Shown: piece by piece, positions 35,055 through 46,300 of the stretch
Numbering within the stretch: the first letter of the stretch is position 1
How the letters are laid out: the number at the start of each line of letters is the position of its first letter
DNA from: a virus
DNA: 64,000 nt
IMG/VR virus record: IMGVR_UViG_3300042196_000093
Strand: one strand, 5' to 3'
Made by a program: the position numbers and the translations under genes
The notes under the pieces: model-generated
Database searches by the model: none
What the model was told of the DNA's origin: nothing
What the model saw: the letters and a program-made list of their open reading frames with translations, nothing else

Positions 35055-37564
35055 TAGATGAAAGCGTCGATCTCGACCCTCAATGCGGACACGAAGTTGT
35101 TGGTGATCTTATACGACGCCACCCGCTGGAATCCATTCTTGTGCTTGAAAACCACAAAGGCGTGCTCGTTGAGCGATACCGTGGGAAGGATGTCAGAGAT
35201 CATGTAAGGCGTAGCAACCACGACCGTACCAGTGAATTTCTTCCGGCGCATGGTCTTGCCCATGATGACTTGCCAGCTTTGGAAATTCCACAGGAAGCCT
35301 GAACCATCATCCTCGAACTCTATCTCTCCGGTGCCAAGGTTTACCTTCGCACGCGGTACAGAGAAGTCGAAGGCGCTGGATGCCAAGCCACCAGAGGTCG
35401 GCCCGTGTGCCCGCGAGGCCACCGCGAACGTCTCCCTGTCGCCCTGCCTGATGTCGTAGAAGGTGTTCGGGATGCGTACACGAGTGGGGTTGCCGATAGA
35501 GTCTATGAAGTCCACGTCCACGAATGGATGCAATGGGTTGGAGAAAATCCGCTCGCCACCGTCACCAAGCTGGCCTGTAAAGTACGGAACATTTTCCTGC
35601 GGGTCCAGAATTTCGATCTGACCCACGTCGCCGATGAACGCCACTGGAAAAGCTGCGTCGATCACCGCCAGAGAGTTAGTCGGGAAGACGATGACGTTGC
35701 CAGCGAAGAACACGTCGATGTCCTGCACACCGATCAACTGCTGATGCTGTACGATGGTCGGTACACGGAAAACGTAGGGAATGTTGCCGGTCACACCATC
35801 ATCAGCGGAGAACGACACGTTGAAGTACGCTGCCTCGCGGGAAATTACCTGATTGCGCAGATCGTACTGCACGACTTGCGGGAACGGCCCACCCGGAGCC
35901 GCGAAATTCAAAGAACCAACATCGCCGGTGAACGTCACGCCTATGGGGTCGAATGTAATGATGGTCGCTGGCCACGTGACGTTGAGCAGACCCCAATCAT
36001 CAAACGAGAAGGTGGGGAAAATCGTTGACAGCACCACGTCGTCACGTGTCCACAGCACGGGCTCACCGTTCACATTCAACGGGAAGTGAGCCATGTACTT
36101 GTAAGCTGTGCCGGGTGCGCTAAGAGCCGTCCTGACATCTGCCTCGATGCGGAAGAAGGGGCTGGTCGGCGTAAGCAAGGCTCGCACGTCGAGCACAGGG
36201 ATTGTCAAACCTTGGTTCGGCAACTGTAACTCGACCAAGTTATTCCACAGATCGACCTCATCCACGTAGGTAGCCACGGGTACGGGATTGAGGCCGTCGT
36301 ATAGATTGATGTTCAGCAAGTCAGGATAGATCGTGCCCGCTGGGTCTGCGCCCACTAAGCCGGGTGGAATGGTGAGGAAATTCCCCATGTTCGGAAATTC
36401 AATCCACGGCCACGTAACCAGACGTGCCCGCAGGATGTCCGTAGGGATCGGTGTCGTCGTGCCCGGCACTAGCTTGTCGTTGTCGATGGTGACGAGATCA
36501 GTCGCCGCAGGCCATAGAGGAATCTGGCGGTAGACAATCTTTTCCTCCGTGGTGCCGATGATCGTCACGTACTGGTCAGTCAAGTTGAACCGATGGAACA
36601 AGTTCTGGAGTGTGTAATCCACGATGCTGCTGATGTCGATTGTTCCACCAGCCAACACGAACTTCGGGTCTACGTTGAGGAAACCCTTCTGGCCGACAAT
36701 GAGGAAACTCTCGAACCGCTGGCCGTAGGTGTAGCCGTTGTAGTTGAACGTCAACTCCGCGATTCCACCAAGGAGGTCAATGTTAGCCTCAGCAATCCCG
36801 AGATCACTGCCGGAATAAAGATCAAAGGCAGGAAAATCCCTGAACCTGATCTTGGTGAACACCCAGATCAAGTTCAACGCATCCCAGAAGAAGTGGTACA
36901 ACTGCCTGCGCGTGGCCTGTGAAATTCCTGCGCCGTTGTAGAAGTCCACCATCAAGATGCCGTCGCGCAAGTCCTGCAACTGGCGCAGCATGAACTGCTT
37001 GGCTGGCGCAGGCCATGCTGTAGCCGCTGCTGTCGGAAGCTGGAGGCCGCCAGTTCCATCACGCAGACGAATTTCAACCAGAGGCGCATCAATGTCCCAG
37101 AAGAAGTCCACGCCACTGTACGTCGGCGTCGGAATATCCACATCGACATGCGTCGTGTAGTCGATTGGAACTTCCAGCGGGGTAATCAACCGGAAGACAC
37201 AGATAAAGTCGCGGAAATTCGGATCGTTAGCCGCCGAACGAATGCGAACCACAATCCGGTAGAGCTTCTGTGCATCAGGGTTCGTAACGAGGAACGTGCC
37301 CTGCGCTGCAATAGACTGGTCTGTGATCGCCGGAATATCCGCAGTGCTCACGCCTTCTACGCCTGCTGCGTCAAAGATTGAAATTACCTGAGCGCCGCCG
37401 TAGCTGCGGAAGCCGCCATCGTTGCGCCAGAACGGGAGCACAGACAAAGGGATCGCCACATCGCCTGCGGACTGGTCTACCGCGATGGTCAACGGCAGAT
37501 CAGGCGTCACGATATTGACGAAGCCTTCCGGCGAATTTATTCCGAGTCCCGGTGTTCCGCTCAT
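35054..37564 (-). CDS. large beta-rich tail structural protein (836 aa)
   Basis: Position; D/F/I/P/V-rich, Lys-poor virion-like composition. Confidence 0.6.
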   Translation of the reverse strand: MSGTPGLGINSPEGFVNIVTPDLPLTIAVDQSAGDVAIPLSVLPFWRNDGGFRSYGGAQVISIFDAAGVEGVSTADIPAITDQSIAAQGTFLVTNPDAQKLYRIVVRIRSAANDPNFRDFICVFRLITPLEVPIDYTTHVDVDIPTPTYSGVDFFWDIDAPLVEIRLRDGTGGLQLPTAAATAWPAPAKQFMLRQLQDLRDGILMVDFYNGAGISQATRRQLYHFFWDALNLIWVFTKIRFRDFPAFDLYSGSDLGIAEANIDLLGGIAELTFNYNGYTYGQRFESFLIVGQKGFLNVDPKFVLAGGTIDISSIVDYTLQNLFHRFNLTDQYVTIIGTTEEKIVYRQIPLWPAATDLVTIDNDKLVPGTTTPIPTDILRARLVTWPWIEFPNMGNFLTIPPGLVGADPAGTIYPDLLNINLYDGLNPVPVATYVDEVDLWNNLVELQLPNQGLTIPVLDVRALLTPTSPFFRIEADVRTALSAPGTAYKYMAHFPLNVNGEPVLWTRDDVVLSTIFPTFSFDDWGLLNVTWPATIITFDPIGVTFTGDVGSLNFAAPGGPFPQVVQYDLRNQVISREAAYFNVSFSADDGVTGNIPYVFRVPTIVQHQQLIGVQDIDVFFAGNVIVFPTNSLAVIDAAFPVAFIGDVGQIEILDPQENVPYFTGQLGDGGERIFSNPLHPFVDVDFIDSIGNPTRVRIPNTFYDIRQGDRETFAVASRAHGPTSGGLASSAFDFSVPRAKVNLGTGEIEFEDDGSGFLWNFQSWQVIMGKTMRRKKFTGTVVVATPYMISDILPTVSLNEHAFVVFKHKNGFQRVASYKITNNFVSALRVEIDAFI

Positions 37565-38094
37565 GCTACGTCCTTATAACCGTCGCCGTGAAGAATGCGG
37601 TGGATGGTTGATTTTGAACAATTTCCGTACTTTGTTGCAATTACATAATCACCCGCACCACCGTACTTATGCAATTGTCGTATGGTACGAATCTGGGCAG
37701 CCGAGAATCTTGCCTGCCAGTTTGTGACGCCGCGATGTGTAGCTGTTCCATGCGCTACCTTATCTTGCATGTTCTGTTGTTGAGTGCCCCACGCTAAATT
37801 TCCTACAACATTGTGTGCAGGTTTACCATCAAGATGCCTGCCCTGAGTTCCGGGTGGGCGTGGGCCGATGAAGGCTTTCAACATGATGCTATGAACAAAC
37901 ACCATTTTCTGACCGTTTTTATTGAGTGGCACGCGCACGTGGCCGTCTTCATCTACATGGCCTTTGATGATTTTCCCACGATACCAACGGCCATCACGCA
38001 AACGCCGGTCTACACCGCGTACAACACCGTGGTCAGAAACCTCGTACAGCCCTTTGTAACCAACCACAGATTTCCAAACGGGAGTACCTGACAT
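37561..38094 (-). mobile_element. NUMOD4-HNH homing endonuclease
   Basis: WKSVVGYKGLYEVSDHG, VHSIMLKAF, RHLDGKPAHNVVGNLAWGTQQQN; AT-rich. Confidence 0.9.
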
Positions 38095-38103
38095 TTTCCT
38101 CTC

Positions 38104-40116
38104 CTATACCACCGTCACCAAGCGCAAGGCGTTTGAGCGTAGTGTACTAATTGGGAACAACTGAACGAAGTACCCAGCGCCACCGGGGACAAGAGCCGCT
38201 GCCGATTTCACGATCACTTGAACAGCGAAGGTCACTCCATTGACAAAAATGACACCGCTACCAATCCGGCTGAGTGAAATTCGTGTAGTGTTCGACGTGG
38301 CTACAATCGGGGCGCCAATTACACCAGCAGCAGGCCATGCACCTGCGGGAGTGGCATTGTAGTAGGCAGCCGCCTGATTGATCGAGCACATGAGATGGGC
38401 TGGCTGCACGTTTTGAAGCTGCACGAACCCGCCCTGTACGGGCACCCAATTCGCCGCCGCCCCGAATAGAATGTGGTAGGTCATACCCGGAGCCCAAGAG
38501 TCGAGCACCAGATCGAACACAAACAAGTCGCTACCAGTCGGACCCCACAATTCGCCACTGACAAGTTCGATGCGCACACCGTCAACGCCGCGTGGGTAGC
38601 CGATGTTCGGTCCAGCAGGAATTCCACCGATGTCATTTCCTACCTGCGGGTTGGCGATCAACGTATTGACAATGCCAGTGCCGAGCGTCGGATGTACCGC
38701 AGCCGGAGCGCCGCGAGGAGCCTTCTGGATTGTGCCGTGCTGCCAAAGCTCGTCTGCGCTCGGGCGCGGATATTTCCACTGATCGCCGAAGCCAGCACGA
38801 AGCCGGTCCATGTCCAATTCCATCTGGAGGATCGGGCCTGCATCAGCGAAGAAGCGAATGCCAGAAATTACTACACCAGCCGCGTCTACGGGTACACCGC
38901 CATCAAAACCTGAGCACCAGCGAAGTCGAACCGGCTGGTCATCGAATTGGCTGAGGTCTACCGTGATACGCGTGAGGGTTTGCGCCTGCACTACTACTTT
39001 GTCATTCGAGCCGCCGAACACGCCCATCGGAGGACCGCCGAACACCAATGGCACCGAGTAATCACCCGAGGGAATATCCGTCCACGTGTTGCCCTCATCC
39101 TGTGTGTACTGCACACGCACGCCGCCATCGAATTCAATGTCTTCCCAGACATAGAACTCCATGCTCGCATTTTGGAAGTTGCGGAAATCCAGCAACGGGC
39201 TAACTACCCACGTAAACGTCGGCCCTATGTACGGCTCTCTTGGCGTGAGCACCCATGCCTTGTCATTGAACAGCGAGATCGGATGAGTGAGCAGGGCACT
39301 GACTGTAGGAAAATCAAACCCAAACACAGAACCAGCAGGTATAAGGCCGGGGTCGAACCCATTGACGGTGAACTCAGGCGAGCCCGTAGCGTAGGGATAG
39401 AACAAGCCGGTCGGAGAGTCTTCTTCTGTGCGTGCCCACGGGTTGTCCGTTGCGATAATGCTGAACAATGGATCAGGCAGGCCAACCACGTAGACCCCAT
39501 CTCCGGGGTCAGGAAGCAGCCCTTCACCTTCGTCCTCAATGCACTCCATCGCCGCGTCAAAGGATCGAGCGAAAAATTCCGCGAACTCGTCCACCCATCC
39601 GAACGTCGGGTCGCGGAAGCTCAGGTCATCGAAGCAGCAAACCAAAGGCTTCGCGCCGATCAATTCCCTGTCGATGCACTCCACGATGGTGCCGACTGGA
39701 CCTTCGGCCACCCAGAAGTTGTAGACGCGGGAAATTGACCTTCCACGATTTCTGGCCGTCAAAGTCAGTTCAAAGCACTGCGGGATGTGGTAGTCCGGCG
39801 CAGGCTGAGGAAATCCAAGAAGCACGCCACCAACTGCACCCTCTGCTCTCCATTCAGAATCGGACACTTGCGTGACCGTTATGGTTCGTGGTGTTTCAGA
39901 GTCGCCATCGGTGACGCGCTTCAAGGTCATGCGAACAGTATTGACGTGGTTGTTGGTATTGACACGTAAAGTGACGCCAAGCCCAAGCTGGAGTGGGTTG
40001 TAAGGCGACATGCCCGCCGTACCTTCGCCTAGTGTGAGGAAAAACCGATTGTTGATCGTTTTTCTCTCACGCAGCATTTCCCCACGCATGGTCGTCGGAG
40101 AGGCCATTATGGGCAC
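38104..40116 (-). CDS. tail protein with a jelly-roll (MAM/carbohydrate-binding-like) domain
   Basis: SPLLDFRNFQNASMEFYVWEDIEFDGGVRVQYTQDEGNTWTDI...VDLSQFDDQPVRLRW...GVVISGIRF. Confidence 0.6.
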   Translation of the reverse strand: MPIMASPTTMRGEMLRERKTINNRFFLTLGEGTAGMSPYNPLQLGLGVTLRVNTNNHVNTVRMTLKRVTDGDSETPRTITVTQVSDSEWRAEGAVGGVLLGFPQPAPDYHIPQCFELTLTARNRGRSISRVYNFWVAEGPVGTIVECIDRELIGAKPLVCCFDDLSFRDPTFGWVDEFAEFFARSFDAAMECIEDEGEGLLPDPGDGVYVVGLPDPLFSIIATDNPWARTEEDSPTGLFYPYATGSPEFTVNGFDPGLIPAGSVFGFDFPTVSALLTHPISLFNDKAWVLTPREPYIGPTFTWVVSPLLDFRNFQNASMEFYVWEDIEFDGGVRVQYTQDEGNTWTDIPSGDYSVPLVFGGPPMGVFGGSNDKVVVQAQTLTRITVDLSQFDDQPVRLRWCSGFDGGVPVDAAGVVISGIRFFADAGPILQMELDMDRLRAGFGDQWKYPRPSADELWQHGTIQKAPRGAPAAVHPTLGTGIVNTLIANPQVGNDIGGIPAGPNIGYPRGVDGVRIELVSGELWGPTGSDLFVFDLVLDSWAPGMTYHILFGAAANWVPVQGGFVQLQNVQPAHLMCSINQAAAYYNATPAGAWPAAGVIGAPIVATSNTTRISLSRIGSGVIFVNGVTFAVQVIVKSAAALVPGGAGYFVQLFPISTLRSNALRLVTVV

Positions 40117-40925
40117 CCCGTCAGCAAGTAGCCGGGCGGCAATGTGCAGCCGTCAGGAATCTGGGTAATTTCATCCCAAGGATTGCAGCCTGCGGCATTC
40201 GGGAATACTGCTGCATCTGCTGCATCACCGTCGCCCACGATGAAGAACTTGAAACCTGTGGTGACGAGTTGGAACCAGTTGAAGCACTCGCACATGCAAG
40301 GGACCATCTTTGCAAGCTGGTCCGCCTGATCAAAGAACAAGTACAAAAACTGCGCCGAGGAATCCCACGGCTGGCGCGAAGGAACGATGTGGTCTTTCCA
40401 TAGCTGAATAAAATTCTCGCGCAGACACTGTAGCATGGACAGATCATCCAGCCTTGGCTCCGGGCAAGAGCGCACGTCAGGCTCGTAGCCGACGTACATC
40501 ACGTACTCGATCTTGCTGGAAATTGTCACGTTGGTACTTGTCACGATGAGCTTGAACGTCTTGGTTAGCAGATATTCACCGGGCAACCGGGCAGCGGGGT
40601 TCAGTGCTCCGAAGCCTGCCCGCCCGCGAAGCTCGTAGACACGTGTGAGGCCAATGCGCTCAAACTGGCTGGTGATGTCTGTGGTGATGTCGGCGGCTAT
40701 GTCCAGAATTTCCACCTTGAAGGTCTGCGCGAATTGGTTCAAGGCCAAGCGCACAGTCAGACCCAATCCAGCAAAGATCGGGTTCTTGGTGATCGCCTGA
40801 TCGCCGTGGCCGCCGTCGTAGAGGTTTAGCTCGGCAATATCCGTGCGCGACTGGTTACGCGGCGGACGATCCGCCCAGAACTGCGGAGCCACGGTTTGAT
40901 TGTTGTAGCCAAAGACCATCGTCAA
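40107..40925 (-). CDS. tail protein, paralog of the N-terminus of 38104..40116
   Basis: Shared NP..GLG.T.R, F.L..T..N and DDLS motifs and terminal Cys. Confidence 0.6.
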   Translation of the reverse strand: MTMVFGYNNQTVAPQFWADRPPRNQSRTDIAELNLYDGGHGDQAITKNPIFAGLGLTVRLALNQFAQTFKVEILDIAADITTDITSQFERIGLTRVYELRGRAGFGALNPAARLPGEYLLTKTFKLIVTSTNVTISSKIEYVMYVGYEPDVRSCPEPRLDDLSMLQCLRENFIQLWKDHIVPSRQPWDSSAQFLYLFFDQADQLAKMVPCMCECFNWFQLVTTGFKFFIVGDGDAADAAVFPNAAGCNPWDEITQIPDGCTLPPGYLLTGCP

Positions 40926-41566
40926 GATGGTTCTCCGTTGTTCGAGAACAAGGAGAACTCAGGAGTTTCCGAACCCCCGGTCATAAACAGCGCAGCCTGT
41001 GGCGCTTCCTCTGGCCGGATTTTCAGCCATATCTGCATCTCGTTGATGGCTTGGTGATCTTGGTTGCCTGTCCAGCCAGCGTGCTCTGGCCCCCACTCCT
41101 CACCGTTTAGCAGCAGGTTCACGATCTCAACGGAGTAGACCTTCCATGTCCGGTCGAAGGGACGCCAGATCAGGAACTCACCTTCGTCCCAATCAGGGTC
41201 GCGCAGGTACATGCGTTCGATGCAGTGGAAGAACGCCCATGAGACAGCGAGACCACCGACCGGGCGGAAAATCTCCTTGATGATGGCGTCTTCCAACACG
41301 CGAGGCCACTTGCTGGTCACATGGCCGGTCAGCGTCTTGGCAAAGGCTACGTCGCGGTGCCCGACCACATCGAAGGTGAAGAACGTCGTCTCCTCTGGCG
41401 TGTAGGGATAGATGCAGGCTCGGTGCTGAGGATCGAGAGCAGAATGAAACAGCAACCGAGTCCAGATGTTCGATGGTGAGTACACAGACCAGTAGGAGCC
41501 GAGATGAGCCCCGAACTTTGCGCCACCGTAACCGTGGCCAATTCGACCAAAGGTGCGTCCAGCCAT
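40922..41566 (-). CDS. putative distal tail protein
   Basis: Position after the tape measure module. Confidence 0.45.
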   Translation of the reverse strand: MAGRTFGRIGHGYGGAKFGAHLGSYWSVYSPSNIWTRLLFHSALDPQHRACIYPYTPEETTFFTFDVVGHRDVAFAKTLTGHVTSKWPRVLEDAIIKEIFRPVGGLAVSWAFFHCIERMYLRDPDWDEGEFLIWRPFDRTWKVYSVEIVNLLLNGEEWGPEHAGWTGNQDHQAINEMQIWLKIRPEEAPQAALFMTGGSETPEFSLFSNNGEPS

Positions 41567-42231
41567 TACAGCGTCCTCACGGTGGTTGAGGTCTTGACAT
41601 CACCCATGTTGTCAACGATGTGGGTTGCTTCGATCACCTTCTCCAGACCCACGTCGCTGTCGATGTCAGCTTCATCGAGAGACAAGTTGACGCCGCTGTT
41701 GAAAATCGCTACCTCGAAAGAGGAAAGCTGGCCAGCGAGATATTCCGACTTGCGCTGCTTCACGTTGTCGCCTGCTAGTCCCAGCGCCACCTCCAGAGTA
41801 TCCGTGTCCACAGTAGCCGTCGTGGCGTCGAAGATGTCGAGGTTCTGCTTTTCAAGAAACAGAAACTTGATGTCCACTGCCCTCCCTGTGGCAATTTCCA
41901 CCACACCGATCACGTAGAACTCGTCTTCTACAGGCAACGTCACCGGGTTGATGTAGAGCAGATCGTTGTTCACGTCGAAATTGATGAGGTCCGGGTTGCC
42001 GTCGATCTGCAAGGCCAAGTCCCACGCAGGCACAGTCCACTCCCCAGCAGGGCCTTCGGTCATCACCAGATAGCCGGGGTTGACTGCGTGCGCTGGGTTC
42101 ACGCGCTTGATACGAACCTCGTGCGTAGCCGTGGGGTTCACGAAGTCGTAGCCCGAGGCAATCGGCAGCGCGATCACGTCATTGTAGTGGACGTTCTGAG
42201 GGTCCAGCTTCGGAGAATCGAGCAAAGCCAT
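41566..42231 (-). CDS. virion structural protein
   Basis: Position; C-terminal LEVALGLAGDN motif shared with 42734..43312. Confidence 0.55.
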   Translation of the reverse strand: MALLDSPKLDPQNVHYNDVIALPIASGYDFVNPTATHEVRIKRVNPAHAVNPGYLVMTEGPAGEWTVPAWDLALQIDGNPDLINFDVNNDLLYINPVTLPVEDEFYVIGVVEIATGRAVDIKFLFLEKQNLDIFDATTATVDTDTLEVALGLAGDNVKQRKSEYLAGQLSSFEVAIFNSGVNLSLDEADIDSDVGLEKVIEATHIVDNMGDVKTSTTVRTL

Positions 42232-42737
42232 TAGACATGCCTCCAGATTTTCCTACGCCGAATCAAGCCGATAGTATCCGGGCACACGTTGAGCCTACGA
42301 GCTAGGACAACGCCTTGAAGTTTGCTTTTTCTAATGAATTTCACCAGCCGTGTCGTCAGCTTTGCACGTCCATGCTTATCGCCAATACTGGCAGTTCCAT
42401 GTCGTTTTTTGTCAGCGGCATTTTCCTGCGGAGTACCCCATTTCAGATTTCCGTGTTTGTTGTTCTTTTTATTCCTATGTAAATGCCGAGCTTCCATACC
42501 CGATGGGCATGGTCCTTCAAAGGCTTCTAACACAAGTTGATGAACCATTGGCTGGCTAACCAGACCAGCCACACACATAGAAACCTTCATGTAACCATTG
42601 CCTGTGGGGTGCTGCGTGAGTAATTTTCCACGGTAAACACGACCAAGACCGCCCGTTCTATCCAACGAACGAACTCGGCCACGATCTGAGACCTCGTAAC
42701 CCGGATACTTCTCGATTTTTCGCCACACTTCTTTCAT
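42231..42737 (-). mobile_element. NUMOD4-HNH homing endonuclease
   Basis: EVWRKIEKYPGYEVSDRGRVRS, VHQLVLEAF, RHLHRNKKNNKHGNLKWGTPQEN; AT-rich. Confidence 0.9.
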
Positions 42738-43312
42738 AAGATTCGCTTGCTGATCTCGCCGTCCACTCTAAAGGTCGGATCGACGAATTTCCGCTGTTCA
42801 TACTGGTAGATCACGGCTGAACCCGGATCATCGGGGTCGCCGTCGTACAGGTCGATGCTGGTCTTCGATGGTACGCCCTTGTCGTGCTCGTCATGGGTGA
42901 TGACTTGGTTCAAGCCCAACAAGCCAGCAATGCGAGCGATGTTCCCATTGATGAGTGCAAGGTTGATCGGCGCGGTGCCAGAAAAGTCGCTGGAGTAGGT
43001 GATGAAATACCATTCGTCCACCAACGCCAACGTGTTGTCGAAAATCCGCACCCTGTAGATTTTCCCCAGCACATAGGTCACGTCGTCAATGGTGACTTCA
43101 CGGTAGTTGTTGAAAATCACCGGCCCAAAGCTCTCCGCACCAGAGGACACGATGGCAGCAGCAGCCACGTCGTAAATTTCCCACGACCACGCCGTTCCAC
43201 CACCTGCACCGAACGCAGGGTCCGGGTAGATGATGAGCGTTGGCTTGTTCAGTTGTACCTTCGTGAAGGTGTGCAACTGGAAAGTTTGTGCGTAGCTTTC
43301 AGTCCTTGGCAT
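42734..43312 (-). CDS. virion structural protein
   Basis: Immediately after the tape measure gene; IARIAGLLGLN motif. Confidence 0.55.
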   Translation of the reverse strand: MPRTESYAQTFQLHTFTKVQLNKPTLIIYPDPAFGAGGGTAWSWEIYDVAAAAIVSSGAESFGPVIFNNYREVTIDDVTYVLGKIYRVRIFDNTLALVDEWYFITYSSDFSGTAPINLALINGNIARIAGLLGLNQVITHDEHDKGVPSKTSIDLYDGDPDDPGSAVIYQYEQRKFVDPTFRVDGEISKRIL

Positions 43313-43323
43313 TTTCGCCCTCG

Positions 43324-46300
43324 TTACGGTCCAATAGCTGTGCTGCCTGCACCAGACAGTGGGATCGACGGGATGTTACCACCTCCGATTGCCGCACGCA
43401 TCAGATTGATGATGGTATCCAGACGCACGACAATGGGCCTCTGGGCATCGCGGAAAGCATCCTCTGCCTCTTTGATCGCCACGGTCGTTGTACCGGAAAT
43501 AACCCCTCGGATTGCCTCGCTGGATTCGACGATGCTTTCCACAGCTTCTTCTGTGGCGCTGATCTCACCTTGCAGCCGGGACAAGATCAAGCCCGCAAGA
43601 GCGATGGCCGCTTGGATGGCTGCGGCGATGGCCGCGCCTGCTGCATCACCAAGACCAGTGGCAGAACCCTCGGCGTCCTTGAAGGCATCCTGAATCGAAG
43701 CCGACAAGCCTTCGGTCAGGTTGTTGAACGTGCTTTCCAGCAGAGAGTCAAACGCCGTCTCGAACAATTTCTTGCCAAAGTCCGCGATGACAAACAAAGC
43801 CCGGCTGAACTTCTGACCAGTAATTTCCGCGACTTTTTCCGCCTCACGAGCGGCTTCGATCAGTGTGCCGTCCACCAGACCTTTGATGGTGGCCTTGAAC
43901 GCACCGAGCACCGGCTCGATGAGATTGGTGCGCAGGATATTGACGATGGGCTTGGATGCAGCAACCCGCATCCCGTCCTCGAATCCCTTGGACACGCCAT
44001 CCGTTAGGTCGCCCTGAATAGTGGTGATGCTTTCATGCGCAAGAGCCTCCGCAGCCGCCAAGCGAGCCCGTGCCGCTGTAACCCTCGCTTCAACACCTGC
44101 GCGTGTCTCCGGCGAAGCCGAGGACAGCATGGCCATCGCGTCCTGCAACTCCAGCGTAGCCAGCGTCAGTTCATTGAGGCTACCAGCCGCCTGCTCGGTG
44201 GTGATCCCGAGCCCCTTGGCCATTTCCATCGTGGACACAAGCTGCTGGTCAAGGTTCAGCGTGAGAGAGAAGTCTTTGAATACCTCCTGCAACTCCAGAA
44301 CTTTTTCCTTCATCTGGAGGCTGAGTTCGTCCATCTCGCGCTGGGCAGCAGTGAAAGGCCCAACAAAGCTGTCCGTCAGACCTTGCAATTCCTTGCGTAG
44401 ATCAAAGCCACGCCGGAAGGCATCCAAGGCCCGACGCTGTTCGATCAATTCGAGCGAGATGTCCTTCTGTGTTGCGAGGTTTTCCTTCGTCTTGACGTTG
44501 AGCTTTTCCTGCTCCTTACGCAGAGTCACCAGACGCACAGCCGTGGCATCAAGCTCACGCTGGCCTTCAACGCCGATCTGCTTGAGCAATTCAATGACTT
44601 CTGGGAATTCCTCCGCCACCTTGTCAAAGCCAAGCTCAAACGCCTTCTTGAGCGCACGCCCGGTTTCGTCAGCAACATTTTCCAACGCAACAATGGCTTC
44701 ACGGCGCAGGCGCTCGGTGCCCTCAGACACAGCACCCGGAGGGATCAGTCCACCAGACGCTGCTTTGGTGAGCGCCTTACGAAGTTCAGCGACAGTCTCC
44801 TCGCCGGTCAGTTCCGTCGTGAGAATACCGTCCTTGTTGAGCTTCTCGATAGTCGCCCGCAGACGCTCGGCTTCATTATCCGCACCTTTTAGGCCGTCGA
44901 TGAAAGCGTCTACCTCGCCAGTAGCGATCTTGATGTCCAACGCATCCTTGAGTGACTTGCTGGCTTTGTCGATGTCCTTCTGTGTCTCCTCAAACTTGTC
45001 TTTGACCACATCGAAGAAGTTCGGAATATCCTCCTTCTGTAGTTTGGCCATTTCCTTGTGAACGCCTTTGATTTCCTCATCGAATGACCCACCCAGATCA
45101 ATGCGCTCTAGTATGGCCTCACCACCAAAGGCTTCGGAAATTTCGTTGATGAGGTCGATTACCGGATTGATGCTGTTGTCGATGAACGCTTGGAATACGC
45201 TGGTCAGAGCGTTGATCGTCTCCAAGAAGCCTAGCTTGAGACCAGCCCATATTCTCTCAAGAAGCATCTTGATGAAATCCCACGCTGCCTCGAATGGAGA
45301 CAGCATGAGGTTCGCAACCATTGCGGCGAAAGCCACAACATCAATGAGCACCTTGCCGAGAGCACTCTTAGTCTGCCCTGCTACTGAGGCCCAGACAGCT
45401 TCCAAAGCCGCCATTGCCAGCTTGCTACCATGCTCAAGGACAACATCGAGAATCGGCCCAAGTGAGGAAAATGCAATCTTGGCTGCTACCACGATGTCCG
45501 TAAACAGCTTCTGTACGCCGTCATTAGCGTCGATGTACCGATCACGAATGAAATTCACAACCAACGTGATCGTGTTGATGACGATACGCACCGCAGTGCG
45601 GATATTCTCCAGAATGAAGTCAATCTGCGCAGCACTATTGTCCCCGAAGCTCGACAGTGCATCATTGAGCACCGGAGCCAGTTCCTCGAACACGATGATC
45701 TTGATGCGCTCGATGGTTTGCTGAATCTGGGCCATGATGCCAGCGAACTTCCGGGCAAGCTCCAGAGTCTTCGGGTCAATCGGTGGGTTCTTGTTCGCCT
45801 TCTCGAAGGCAGAGGCAATCTTCTCGGAACCCTGCAACACCACGCCACGCAGGTTGCTGAAATCCGCGCCGATCAACCGCAGGAGGTCGCTCTGCCTGCG
45901 AATATCACCACTCGCCTCATTAGCAGCGTTGGCAATCCGCAGGAAAACCTCGTCGGACTTCATTGTCCGCAACTGCGCCAGCGAGAGCCCGGCGTCGGCG
46001 AACGCAGCTTCAAGCTCCGGTGCGGAACCTCGCGCCACTTGCTCGATGCTTTGAATGAGTTGTTGAAGCCCAGCCTCCGCATCTGACGCGGAGCCACCGA
46101 GCATCCCCATCGCTTCACCGAAACGCTGGAGATCATTCGGGTCAAGACGCAGCCGGGTAGCGTCCAGACTGAGCTTCAACAATTTCGTGCTCGTCTCTTT
46201 GACGAGGTTCGTAACACTACCGGCAATTTCCGCGCCCATGCGGGCGATGCCAGCAGCGACGACGCCGAGCGCCTTGGTGACAGCGCCAGCTACGGCAAAC

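Noticed and set aside
31503-41566. Diversity-generating retroelement or invertible tail-fibre cassette
   Set aside because: No reverse transcriptase, invertase, template/variable repeat pair or flanking inverted repeats were seen by eye; a self dot-plot would be the definitive check.
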